The notes under the pieces: generated by a model
Databases searched by the model: none
What the model was told of the DNA's origin: nothing
What the model saw: the letters and a program-made list of their open reading frames with translations, nothing else
DNA from: Ptychomitrium polyphyllum
Lineage: Eukaryota
Length of the DNA: 64,000 nt
Assembly: GCA_973851085.1 (NCBI GenBank)
Contig: OZ316775.1
Span: 12,710,001 to 12,774,000, forward strand
Direction of reading: 5' to 3'
Shown here: in pieces, positions 13,201 through 25,035 of the stretch
Numbering within the stretch: the first letter of the stretch is position 1
Layout of the letters: each line of letters opens with the position of its first letter
Made by a program: the position numbers and the translations under genes

Positions 13201-14105
13201 GCTGCAATTGCCTCATAAGTATGGAATGAGCACTTGTAAGGAGTCATGTGCTTTGTGGCGCCCGAATCAACTATCCACTTGGACAAGGCCGCCATAGGCG
13301 CCCCCTCGCTTGCCATGAAGGCACAATCACCACCTCCAAGGTGGTCCATCACATGGTTGGCATCCTCCCTCTCTCCTTTCTTCGCCTTGAAGCAATTTCG
13401 AGCAAAATGACCTGGTTTTCCACACACAAAGCGCATTCGAAGATTTGGACGTTGATTAGAATAGGTGGCCTTGCCTTGCCTCGAGAAGAGGGCGGAGTCC
13501 TCACTTGAATTCGCCTTCTCCTTCCTCTTGGTGTCCTCGTGGCTCAATCTCGCCGTCACATAGTCCATGGTGAGGTCCTTGATGGGAATGGACTCCAAGG
13601 CCACTATGAGATAGCTATAGGACTCCGGCAAGCTCATGAGCAATGTAATCACAACATCCGACTCGTCCAATGGCTTGTCCACAATGGCAACTTGCCTTGC
13701 AAGGGCCTTCAACTTGTTCACATGCGCCATGAGGTCGTGGCCTTCTTCCATCTTGCAGTTCAAGAGCTTCCTCTTTGTGAAGATGATGTTGGAGAGGTTC
13801 TTGCTCTCATAGATGTTGCAAAGCGTCTTCCACGCTTCTGCCGGTCCAGTGCAAGAGATGATATGGGCGAAGTTGGCATCATCAAGGTTGGTGGCAAGGA
13901 TGCCAAAAGCCTTCTTCTCACGACGCTGGAACTCCTTCCTCTCCTTTGCATCTGCCGACAATGGTGGAGCAACCTCACTCTCATCTATGATGTCCCAAAG
14001 GTCCATAGAAGCCAACGAGAGCTCCATCCTAACCTTCCATTGGTAGAAGTTATCACCATGAAACTTTTGAATGACCCTAAGACCTTCACCTTCACTCGAA
14101 GCCAT
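10300..14105 (-). pseudogene. Copy E3 gag-pol with 238-bp frameshifting deletion (13109-13118), W-stop at 11809-11811 and zinc-knuckle Cys-to-Arg change
   Basis: ORFs 13065-14105, 11809-13068 and 10300-11799. Confidence 0.92.
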
Positions 14106-14555
14106 GGCTTAAGAAGAGAGGTAACAAAACAAACCTTCAAACGAACTATTTCCTTGACTCCTATACTTCTCACAAGTCTTCACAACTATGAGTCCCAAGA
14201 AAAACCTTTCAACTCACTATGTCCACTCAATGAGCACACATATCAATGAACTCACAAGACAACAACACCAAGCACAACAAAATGGTGTTAGGAAGCTTCA
14301 ATCCAACAAAGACACTATCAAGGTCTTATCACCACTCAAAACAACTCACTATCCAAGGAGTTTCAACAACCACAACCCTACTAGAGCTCAAGAAACATCA
14401 AACCAAGCACCTACATGTGCAAAACTTCAAAGTTAGGCGTTTCTAACTCTATCTTCAATAACTATGAAGTGATCTTGCTCCACACAAGAACAACAACTAC
14501 AAAACACTTCAAGCTACTTCAAAAGGCACAACTAAGTGTGAGTGGGCCCATAACC

Positions 14556-14983
14556 TATTGAAGAAATGCAACAAAGCTAGTACAACAAGCAAGAAGAGAG
14601 AGAGCAAAGTTGCAACAAGAGAAGTGTGGAGCAAGATGACTCCCACTTCCAAAACCCCTTTACTTATACTTGAGAGTCATCCACCAAAATGTGCCACTTG
14701 GCGGCCATGCATTTGCCTCCACTATATGAGTGACATGTGGCAGCTAACTCTAACCCTAGCCGCCGTAGCCGCCACCCTAACCCTAACGGCCGCCCTAACC
14801 CTAATGGCCGCCCTAACCCTAGCCGCCATACAAAACCCTTGTTGCCTTTTCTTAACCCTAGCCTCCATATCCCCTATAGCCTCTTTCCTCACACTCCTTT
14901 GACCATTAGCAACATATCATGCTCTAAGTCTACACAAGGATACTTCAACTAGGATTACTTTATATGTTTCACACTTTGCAACA
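14556..14983 (-). repeat. LTR L5 (428 bp), shared between E3 and E4
   Basis: PBS on the left, PPT on the right. Confidence 0.95.
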
Positions 14984-15001
14984 CTCCCACTTTGCTACTG
15001 G

Positions 15002-17859
15002 TCAAAGGGCCTTTAATCCAATTGACCTCGTCAACAACTGGTGTCTATCTCTTACCAATGCTTTTGTCAACAAATCAGCAAGCATGCCCTCTGTTGCACA
15101 ATACCTCATATCTATCACTCCATCTTCAATCTTCTCTCTTATGAAGTGATGTTGGATGTCAATGTGCTTTGTTCGTGAGTGATGCTTGGGATTCTTGGCA
15201 AAGGCAAGACATCCCTGATTGTCACACATGATGGGCGTTGCACCCAGTTGTACAAGTCCAATGTCCTCCAAGAGTTGCCTCAGCCACATTGCTTCCATTG
15301 CACCATGACTTGCCGCCATGTACTCCGCCTCCATGGTTGACCTTGCAATTGTGGGTTGCCTCTTGCAGTTCCAAGAGATGGCTCCCACTCCAACAAAGAA
15401 CACATACCCCGTTGTGGAGCGCCTATCATTTGCATCTCCAGCCCAATCCGCGTCACAAAATCCCTGCAACTCAATGTTATCACCTCCCAGACACAACACA
15501 AAGTCCAAGGTGCCCTTCAAGTACCTCATGATCCTCTTGATGGTTGCCCAGTGCATGGGGCCGGCCTTGGACATGTGTTGGCTCACAACACTCACCGAAA
15601 ACGCAAGATCAAACCTTGTGCCCACCATGGCATACATGAGGCATCCCACTCCGGCCTTGTATGGAACGCCTTGCATTTCGCCCTCCACTTGAGCACACTC
15701 CTCATCACTTAGCTTCATCAACCTCAAGTTTGCCTCCAAAGGCGTTCCCACTGGCTTGCAGTCTTCCATGTTGAATCGCTTCAACACCTCTTCCATGTAC
15801 TTCTTCTGGCTCATGGTGATGGTCCTCTTTGCACGATCCCTCACAAATTCCACTCCAAGACAATAGTGTAACTCGCCCAAATCACTCATCTCAAACTCCT
15901 GCTCTAATTTGGCCTTCAACCACTCTAGCTTCTCCGAAAGGTTGGCCAACATGATCAAGTCATCCACATAGAGAATCACAATCAACAAGAATTCCATGGT
16001 CTGCATCACATACAAGGAATGATCCGCCTCACTTCTCACAAACCCTTCCTTCCTAAAGAATGCATCAATGCGTTGGTACCATGCCCTTGGCGATTGCTTA
16101 AGCCCGTACAAGGCCTTCTTCAACTTGCAAACAAGGTGTTCCAAGCCTTCATGTACAAACCCTGGAGGTTGCTCCATGTAGATGTCTTCTTCCAACTCTC
16201 CATTTAGAAAGGCCGTCTTCACATCCATCTGGTGCACCTCCAAGTCCATTGCTGCAGCTATGGCCAAGATGGTCCTAATGGTGGTGAACTTGGCCACAGG
16301 TGCAAAGGTCTCATTGAAGTCCACACCAGCAACTTGTGAGTATCCTTTGGCAACTAGCCTTGCCTTGTGCCTCACAATTGCACCCGAAAAATCCCTCTTG
16401 CTTCTAAACACCCACTTGCAACCTATGCAAGAACGATTTGGAGGAAGTTGAGTCAAGTGCCATGTGCCATTGTCCATCAGCGACTTGTACTCCTCTTCCA
16501 TGGCCTTCTCCCAGTTCATTGCATCCGTGGACTTCAAGGCATCGCACATAGTTAAAGGATCAACGAGGAGGGCAACATTGGCATGTTCTGCACTCACTTT
16601 TGGAAAGATGTGGTTCTTCCACCATTCACCAAGTGGCCTCCTCTCCCTCATGGGATACCTCCTTCCACTCATTGCAGGCCTCTCTTCTTGTAATGCATCC
16701 CCTTCTCCTTCACTTAGAGGATTATCCTCCTCACTTGGATGAAGATGCTCACCATCATCTTGTGAGGCTCCTCTGCTGGTCTTAAGGGTGGAAGTCGCCT
16801 TGCTCTCCCCCTCCATTGTTCCTTCACCTCCATCCACATCTCCACCTTCTTCCTTGGTTGTTGTGGAGGATGTGTCCACAATCACACCATTACTCCCACT
16901 TGGACACATCCCCAAGTGCTCACAAGCACTCTTGTGCTCCAAGAACTCAACATCACGACTCTTGATGATCTTCTTGCTCTCCACACACATCAACCTATAT
17001 GCTTTGCTGCCCTCACAGTAACCCAAGAACACACACTTTGTACCCTTTGCATCAAGCTTGGACCTCATGCAATCTGGAACCTTTGCATTTGCAAGGCATC
17101 CGAAGGTCCTCATGTGTGAAACACAAGGCTTCTTACCACTCCAAGCTTCTTCGGGGGTCATGGATGCAAGGGCACTTGTGGGGCACCTATTTCTTGTGTA
17201 CACCGCATTCACCACCGCTTCCGCCCACAACTCATGTCCAAGATGTTGGGCATGAAGCATGCTCCTCGCCATCTCCACAATGGTGCGATTTACCCTCTCA
17301 GCAACTCCATTTTGTTGTGGAGTGTATGGAGTGGAGGTTTGCCTTGCAATGCCTTCACTCCTCAACAAGTCATCAAAACATTTGGATAAGAACTCACCAC
17401 CATTATCCGAACGCAACACCTTGATCTTGGACTCACATTGCTTCTCCACAAGCGCCTTGAACTCCTTGAATCTTGCAAAGCATTCGCTCTTGGCCTTGAG
17501 GATGAACACCCATACTTTCCTCGAATAATCATCAATGAAGGTGAGGAAGTACCTTGCTCCCCCGATGGATGGAGTCCTCATAGGCCCGCACACGTCGGAA
17601 TGCACAATCTCCAACAATTTGCTTGCACGACTTGCCACTCCACTTGGAAACGACGCCCTTTGCTGCTTGCCTTGGATGCAAGCCTCACAAGCAAGTTCCT
17701 TGGCCTTGTGGCATGTTGTACCGAGATCCAAGCCGCTTACCATGCCTTGGAGCTCCTTCATGGCCTTCACATTGAGGTGCCCAAGGCGCCCATGCCATAT
17801 GCCAAACTTGTCTTGGTCTTGCCTCCCACAACAACCTCCACCACAATGGAACCCATTCC
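15002..17859 (-). pseudogene. Copy E4, downstream part (IN-RT-RH; 238-bp deletion junction at 17811-17820), split by E5
   Basis: Ends at TSD ATTCC 17855-17859. Confidence 0.9.
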
Positions 17860-18269
17860 TATTGAAGAAATGCAACAAAGCTAGTACAACAAGCAAGAAG
17901 AGAGAGAGCAAAGTTGCAACAAGAGAAGTGTGGAGCAAGATGACTCGCACTTCCAAAACCCCTTTACTTATACTTGAGAGTCATCCACCAAAATGTGCCA
18001 CTTGGCGGCCATGCATTTGCCTCTACTATATGAGTGACATGTGGCGGCTAACCCTAACCCTAGCCGCCGGAGCCGCCACCCTAACCCTAACGGCCGCCCT
18101 AACCCTAATGGCCATACAAAACCCTTGTTGCCTTTTCTTAACCCTAGCCTCCATATCCCCTATAGCCTCTTTCCTCACACTCCTTTGACCATTAGCAACA
18201 TATCATGCTCTAAGTCTACACAAGGATACTTCAACTAGGATTACTTTATATGTTTCACACTTTGCAACA

Positions 18270-18279
18270 CTCCCACTTT
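18270..18279 (-). other. Polypurine tract AAAGTGGGAG (representative)
   Basis: Immediately precedes the 3' LTR TG, only ~8 bp after the pol stop. Confidence 0.8.
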
Positions 18280-18287
18280 GCTACTGG

Positions 18288-21200
18288 TCAAAGGGCCTTT
18301 AGTCCAATTGACCTCGTCAACAACTGGTGTCTATCTCTTACCAATGCTTTTGTCAACAAATCAGCAAGCATACCCTCTGTTGCACAATACCTCATATCTA
18401 TCACTCCATCTTCAATCTTCTCTCTTATGAAGTGATGTTGGATGTCAATGTGCTTTGTTCGTGAGTGATGCTTGGGATTCTTGGCAAAGGCAAGACATCC
18501 TTGATTGTCACACATGATGGGCGTTGCACCCAGTTGTACAAGTCCAATGTCCTCCAAGAGTTGCCTCAGCCACATTGCTTCCATTGCACCATGACTTGCC
18601 GCCATGTACTCCGCCTCCATGGTTGACCTTGCAATTGTGGGTTGCCTCTTGCAGTTCCAAGAGATGGCTCCCACTCCAACAAAGAACACATACCCCGTTG
18701 TGGAGCGCCTATCATTTGCATCTCCAGCCCAATCCGCATCACAAAATCCCTGCAACTCAATGTTATCACCTCCCAGACACAACACAAAGTCCAAGGTGCC
18801 CTTCAAGTACCTCATGATCCTCTTGATGGTTGCCCAGTGCATGGGGCCGGCCTTGGACATGTGTTGGCTCACAACACTCACCGAAAACGCAAGATCAAAC
18901 CTTGTGCCCACCATGGCATACATGAGGCACCCCACTCCGGCCTTGTATGGAACGCCTTGCATTTCGCCCTCCACTTGAGCATACTCCTCATCACTTAGCT
19001 TCATCAACCTCAAGTTTGCCTCCAAAGGCGTTCCCACTGGCTTGCAGTCTTCCATGTTGAATCGCTTCAACACCTCTTCCATGTACTTCTTCTGGCTCAT
19101 GGTGATGGTCCTCTTTGCACGATCCCTCACAAATTCCACTCCAAGACAATAGTGTAACTCGCCCAAATCACTCATCTCAAACTCCTGCTCTAATTTGGCC
19201 TTCAACCACTCTAGCTTCTCCGAAAGGTTGGCCAACATGATCAAGTCATCCACATAGAGAATCACAATCAACAAGAATTCCATGGTCTGCATCACATACA
19301 AAGAATGATCCGCCTCACTTCTCACAAACCCTTCCTTCCTAAAGAATGCATCAATGCGTTGGTACCATGCCCTTGGCGATTGCTTAAGCCCGTACAAGGC
19401 CTTCTTCAACTTGCAAACAAGGTGTTCCAAGCCTTCATGTACAAACCCTGGAGGTTGCTCCATGTAGATGTCTTCTTCCAACTCTCCATTTAGAAAGGCC
19501 GTCTTCACATCCATCTGGTGCACCTCCAAGTCCATTGCCGCAGCTATGGCCAAGATGGTCCTAATGGTGGTGAACTTGGCCACAGGTGCAAAGGTCTCAT
19601 TGAAGTCCACACCAGCAACTTGTGAGTATCCTTTGGCAACTAGCCTTGCCTTGTGCCTCACAATTGCACCCGAAGCATCCCTCTTGGTTCTAAACACCCA
19701 CTTGCAACCTATGCAAGAACGATTTGGAGGAAGTTGAGTCAAGTGCCATGTGCCATTGTCCATCAGCGACTTGTACTCCTCTTCCATGGCCTTCTCCCAG
19801 TTCATTGCATCCGTGGACTTCAAGGCATCGCACATAGTTAAAGGATCAACGAGGAGGGCAACATTGGCATGTTCTGCACTCACTTTTGGAAAGATGTGGT
19901 TCTTCCACCATTCACCAAGTGGCCTCCTCTCCCTCATGGGATACCTCCTTCCACTCATTGCAGGCCTCTCTTCTTGTAATGCATTCCCTTCTCCTTCACT
20001 TAGAGGATTATCCTCCTCACTTGGATGAAGATGCTCACCATCATCTTGTGAGGCTTCTCTGCTGGTCTTAAGGGTGGAAGTCGCCTTGCTCTCCCCCTCC
20101 ATTGTTCCTTCACCTCCATCCACATCTCCACCTTCTTCCTTGGTTGTTGAGGATGTGTCCACAATCACACCATTACTCCCACTTGGACACATCTCCAAGT
20201 GCTCACAAGCACTCTTGTGCTCCAAGAACTCAACATCACGACTCTTGATGATCTTCTTGCTCTCCACACACATCAACCTATATGCTTTGCTGCCCTCACA
20301 ATAACCAAAGAACACACACTTTGTACCCTTTGCATCAAGCTTGGACCTCATGCAATCTGGAACCTTTGCATATGCAAGGCATCCGAAGGTCCTCATGTGT
20401 GAAACACAAGGCTTCTTACCACTCCAAGCTTCTTCAGGGGTCATGGATGCAAGAGCACTTGTGGGGCACCTATTTCTTGTGTACACCGCATTCACCACCG
20501 CTTCCGCCCACAACTCATGTCCAAGATGTTGGGCATGAAGCATGCTCCTCGCCATCTCCACAATGGTGCGATTTGCCCTCTCAGCAACTCCATTTTGTTG
20601 TGGAGTGTATGGAGTGGAGGTTTGCCTTGCAATGCCTTCACTCCTCAACAAGTCATCAAAACATTTGGATAAGAACTCACCACCATTATCCGAACGCAAC
20701 ACCTTGATCTTGGACTCACATTGCTTCTCCACGAGCGCCTTGAACTCCTTGAATCTTGCGAAGCATTCGCTCTTGGCCTTGAGGATGAACACCCATACTT
20801 TCCTCGAATAATCATCAATGAAGGTGAGGAAGTACCTTGCTCCCCCGATGGATGGAGTCCTCATAGGCCCGCACACGTCGGAATGCACAATCTCCAACAA
20901 TTTGCTTGCACGACTTGCCACTCCACTTGGAAACGACGCCCTTTGCTGCTTGCCTTGGATGCAAGCCTCACAAGCAAGTTCCTTGGCCTTGTGGCATGTT
21001 GTACCGATATCCAAGCCGCTTACCATGCCTTGGAGCTCCTTCATGGCCTTCACATTGAGGTGCCCAAGGCGCCCATGCCATATGCCAAACTTGTCTTGGT
21101 CTTCAATGAACTCAGCAAAGGCCGCCACCTCCACTCCATTCACCTTCTTACACTTGATGAAGTACAAGTTGCCATCCCTCAACCCCGTGGCAACCACATC

Positions 21201-22328
21201 TCCACTCAATGACTTCACAATACATCCATTCACATTGAAATGAGCCACAAACCCTCCCATCACAAGTTTGCTCACCGAAAGGAGGTTGGACTTCATCTTT
21301 GGCACATGCAGCACGTCCTTGAAGGTGATCCTCTTGGTCTTGCCTCCCACAACAACCTCCACCACAATGGAACCCATTCCAATGGCCTCCACCACGCCAT
21401 TGTCACCCATGAGCACACTAGTGGCTGCAATTGCCTCATAAGTATGGAATGAGCACTTGTAAGGAGTCATGTGCTTTGTGGCGCCCGAATCAACTATCCA
21501 CTTGGATAGGGCCGCCATAGGCGCCCCCTCGCTTGCCATGAAGGCACAATCACCACCTCCAAGGTGGTCCATCACATGGTTGGCATCCTCCCTCTCTCCT
21601 TTCTTGGCCTTGAAGCAATTTCGAGCAAAATGACCTGGTTTTCCACACACAAAGCACGTTCGAAGATTTGGACGTTGATTAGAATAGGTGGCCTTGCCTT
21701 GCCTCGAGAAGAGGGCGGAGTCCTCACTTGAATTCGCCTTCTCCTTCCTCTTGGTGTCCTCGTGGCTCAATCTCGCCGTCACATAGTCCATGGTGAGGTC
21801 CTTGATGGGAATGGACTCCAAGGCCACTATGAGATAGCTATAGGACTCCGGCAAGCTCATGAGCAATGTAATCACAACATCCGACTCCTCCAATGGCTTG
21901 TCCACAATGGCAACTTGCCTTGCAAGGGCCTTCAACTTGTTAACATGCGCCATGAGGTCGTGGCCTTCTTCCATCTTGCAGTTCAAGAGCTTCCTCTTTG
22001 TGAAGATGATGTTGGAGAGGTTCTTGCTCTCATAGATGTTGCAAAGCGTCTTCCACGCTTCTGCTGGTCCAGTGCAAGAGATGATATGGGCGAAGTTGGC
22101 ATCATCAAGGTTGGTGGCAAGGATGCCAAAAGCCTTCTTCTCACGACGCTGGAACTCCTTCCTCTCCTTTGCATCTGCCGACAATGGTGGAGCAACCTCA
22201 CTCTCATCTATGATGTCCCAAAGGTCCATAGAAGCCAACGAGAGCTCCATCCTAACCTTCCATTGGTAGAAGTTATCACCATGAAACTTTTGAATGACCC
22301 TAAGACCTTCACCTTCACTAGAAGCCAT
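18288..22328 (-). CDS. Copia gag-pol polyprotein, 1346 aa (E5)
   Basis: Zn knuckle CFVCGKPGHFARNC; protease WIVDSGAT; IN WHGRLGH..CEAC, HSDVCGP, RSDNGGEF, NGVAER; RT QMDVKTAFLNG, LYGLKQ, YVDD; RNase H DADWAG, EAEY, CDNQ, ADLLTKAL. Confidence 0.97.
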   Translation of the reverse strand: MASSEGEGLRVIQKFHGDNFYQWKVRMELSLASMDLWDIIDESEVAPPLSADAKERKEFQRREKKAFGILATNLDDANFAHIISCTGPAEAWKTLCNIYESKNLSNIIFTKRKLLNCKMEEGHDLMAHVNKLKALARQVAIVDKPLEESDVVITLLMSLPESYSYLIVALESIPIKDLTMDYVTARLSHEDTKRKEKANSSEDSALFSRQGKATYSNQRPNLRTCFVCGKPGHFARNCFKAKKGEREDANHVMDHLGGGDCAFMASEGAPMAALSKWIVDSGATKHMTPYKCSFHTYEAIAATSVLMGDNGVVEAIGMGSIVVEVVVGGKTKRITFKDVLHVPKMKSNLLSVSKLVMGGFVAHFNVNGCIVKSLSGDVVATGLRDGNLYFIKCKKVNGVEVAAFAEFIEDQDKFGIWHGRLGHLNVKAMKELQGMVSGLDIGTTCHKAKELACEACIQGKQQRASFPSGVASRASKLLEIVHSDVCGPMRTPSIGGARYFLTFIDDYSRKVWVFILKAKSECFARFKEFKALVEKQCESKIKVLRSDNGGEFLSKCFDDLLRSEGIARQTSTPYTPQQNGVAERANRTIVEMARSMLHAQHLGHELWAEAVVNAVYTRNRCPTSALASMTPEEAWSGKKPCVSHMRTFGCLAYAKVPDCMRSKLDAKGTKCVFFGYCEGSKAYRLMCVESKKIIKSRDVEFLEHKSACEHLEMCPSGSNGVIVDTSSTTKEEGGDVDGGEGTMEGESKATSTLKTSREASQDDGEHLHPSEEDNPLSEGEGNALQEERPAMSGRRYPMRERRPLGEWWKNHIFPKVSAEHANVALLVDPLTMCDALKSTDAMNWEKAMEEEYKSLMDNGTWHLTQLPPNRSCIGCKWVFRTKRDASGAIVRHKARLVAKGYSQVAGVDFNETFAPVAKFTTIRTILAIAAAMDLEVHQMDVKTAFLNGELEEDIYMEQPPGFVHEGLEHLVCKLKKALYGLKQSPRAWYQRIDAFFRKEGFVRSEADHSLYVMQTMEFLLIVILYVDDLIMLANLSEKLEWLKAKLEQEFEMSDLGELHYCLGVEFVRDRAKRTITMSQKKYMEEVLKRFNMEDCKPVGTPLEANLRLMKLSDEEYAQVEGEMQGVPYKAGVGCLMYAMVGTRFDLAFSVSVVSQHMSKAGPMHWATIKRIMRYLKGTLDFVLCLGGDNIELQGFCDADWAGDANDRRSTTGYVFFVGVGAISWNCKRQPTIARSTMEAEYMAASHGAMEAMWLRQLLEDIGLVQLGATPIMCDNQGCLAFAKNPKHHSRTKHIDIQHHFIREKIEDGVIDMRYCATEGMLADLLTKALVRDRHQLLTRSIGLKAL

Positions 22329-23186
22329 GGCTTAAGAAGAGTGGTAACAAAACAAACCTTCAAACGAACTATTTCCTTGACTCCTATGCTTCTCACAAGT
22401 CTTCACAACTATGAGTCCCAAGAAAAACCTTTCAACTCACTATGTCCACTCAATGAGCACACATATCAATGATCTCACAAGATAACAACACCAAGCACAA
22501 CAAAATGGTGTTAGGAAGCTTGAATCCAACAAAGACACTATCAAGGTCTTATCACCACTCAAAACAACTCACTATCCAAGGAGTTTCAACAACCACAACC
22601 CCAAGAGCTTAAGAAACATCAAACCAAGCACCTACATGTGCAAAACCTCAAAGTTAGGCGTTTCTAACTCTATCTTCAATAACTATGAAGTGATCTTGCT
22701 CCACACAAGAACAACAACTACAAAACACTTCAAGCTACTTCAAAAGGCACAACTAAGAGTGTGTGGGCCCATAACCTATTGAAGAAATGCAACAAAGCTA
22801 GTACAACAAGCAAGAAGAGAGAGAGCAAAGTTGCAACAAGAGAAGTGTGGAGCAAGATGACTCGCACTTCCAAAACCCCTTTACTTATACTTGAGAGTCA
22901 TCCACCAAAATGTGCCACTTGGCGGCCATGCATTTGCCTCTACTATATGAGTGACATGTGGCGGCTAACCCTAACCCTAGCCGCCGTAGCCGCCACCCTA
23001 ACCCTAATGGCCGCCCTAACCCTAATGGCCATACAAAACCCTTGTTGCCTTTTCTTAACCCTAGCCTCCATATCCCCTATAGCCTCTTTCCTCACACTCC
23101 TTTGACCATTAGCAACATATCATGCTCTAAGTCTACACAAGGATACTTCAACTAGGATTACTTTATATGTTTCACACTTTGCAACA

Positions 23187-24139
23187 ATTCCAATGGCCTC
23201 CACCACGCCATTGTCACCCATGAGCACACTAGTGGCTGCAATTGCCTCATAAGTATGGAATGAGCACTTGTAAGGAGTCATGTGCTTGGTGGCGCCCGAA
23301 TCAACTATCCACTTGGACAAGGCCGCCATAGGCGCCCCCTCGCTTGCCATGAAGGCACAATCACCACCTCCAAGGTGGTCCATCACATGGTTGGCATCCT
23401 CCCTCTCTCCTTTCTTCGCCTTGAAGCAATTTCGAGCAAAATGACCTGGTTTTCCACACACAAAGCGCATTCGAAGATTTGGACGTTGATTAGAATAGGT
23501 GGCCTTGCCTTGCCTCGAGAAGAGGGCGGAGTCCTCACTTGAATTCGCCTTCTCCTTCCTCTTGGTGTCCTCGTGGCTCAATCTCGCCGTCACATAGTCC
23601 ATGGTGAGGTCCTTGATGGGAATGGACTCCAAGGCCACTATGAGATAGCTATAGGACTCCGGCAAGCTCATGAGCAATGTAATCACAACATCCGACTCGT
23701 CCAATGGCTTGTCCACAATGGCAACTTGCCTTGCAAGGGCCTTCAACTTGTTCACATGCGCCATGAGGTCGTGGCCTTCTTCCATCTTGCAGTTCAAGAG
23801 CTTCCTCTTTGTGAAGATGATGTTGGAGAGGTTCTTGCTCTCATAGATGTTGCAAAGCGTCTTCCACGCTTCTGCCGGTCCAGTGCAAGAGATGATATGG
23901 GCGAAGTTGGCATCATCAAGGTTGGTGGCAAGGATGCCAAAAGCCTTCTTCTCACGACGCTGGAACTCCTTCCTCTCCTTTGCATCTGCCGACAATGGTG
24001 GAGCAACCTCACTCTCATCTATGATGTCCCAAAGGTCCATAGAAGCCAACGAGAGCTCCATCCTAACCTTCCATTGGTAGAAGTTATCACCATGAAACTT
24101 TTGAATGACCCTAAGACCTTCACCTTCACTCGAAGCCAT
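23187..24139 (-). pseudogene. Copy E4, upstream part (gag and start of protease)
   Basis: Resumes at ATTCC; carries the RMRFVC knuckle variant. Confidence 0.9.
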
Positions 24140-24589
24140 GGCTTAAGAAGAGAGGTAACAAAACAAACCTTCAAACGAACTATTTCCTTGACTCCTATAC
24201 TTCTCACAAGTCTTCACAACTATGAGTCCCAAGAAAAACCTTTCAACTCACTATGTCCACTCAATGAGCACACATATCAATGAACTCACAAGACAACAAC
24301 ACCAAGCACAACAAAATGGTGTTAGGAAGCTTCAATCCAACAAAGACACTATCAAGGTCTTATCACCACTCAAAACAACTCACTATCCAAGGAGTTTCAA
24401 CAACCACAACCCTACTAGAGCTCAAGAAACATCAAACCAAGCACCTACATGTGCAAAACTTCAAAGTTAGGCGTTTCTAACTCTATCTTCAAAAACTATG
24501 AAGTGATCTTGCTCCACACAAGAACAACAACTACAAAACACTTCAAGCTACTTCAAAAGGCACAACTAAGTGTGAGTGGGCCCATAACC

Positions 24590-25017
24590 TATTGAAGAAA
24601 TGCAACAAAGCTAGTACAACAAGCAAGAAGAGAGAGAGCAAAGTTGCAACAAGAGAAGTGTGGAGCAAGATGACTCCCACTTCCAAAACCCCTTTACTTA
24701 TACTTGAGAGTCATCCACCAAAATGTGCCACTTGGCGGCCATGCATTTGCCTCCACTATATGAGTGACATGTGGCAGCTAACTCTAACCCTAGCCGCCGT
24801 AGCCGCCACCCTAACCCTAACGGCCGCCCTAACCCTAATGGCCGCCCTAACCCTAGCCGCCATACAAAACCCTTGTTGCCTTTTCTTAACCCTAGCCTCC
24901 ATATCCCCTATAGCCTCTTTCCTCACACTCCTTTGACCATTAGCAACATATCATGCTCTAAGTCTACACAAGGATACTTCAACTAGGATTACTTTATATG
25001 TTTCACACTTTGCAACA
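24590..25017 (-). repeat. LTR L8 (428 bp), shared between E4 and E6
   Basis: PBS on the left, PPT on the right; same private variant (GTGGCAGCTA) as L5. Confidence 0.95.
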
Positions 25018-25035
25018 CTCCCACTTTGCTACTGG

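Larger units (their letters stand above)
17860..23186 (-). mobile_element. Copy E5: intact, apparently autonomous copia element (5327 bp) with 410-bp LTRs L6 17860-18269 and L7 22777-23186 and TSD ATTCC
   Basis: ATTCC at 17855-17859 and 23187-23191; PBS, PPT and a single ORF. The LTRs share an 18-bp shortening and differ at two positions by eye. Confidence 0.97.

Noticed and set aside
15002..17956. 984-aa ORF fusing LTR sequence to IN-RT-RH
   Set aside because: Begins at TTG inside L6; the frame is a chance product of the E5 insertion plus the 238-bp deletion.
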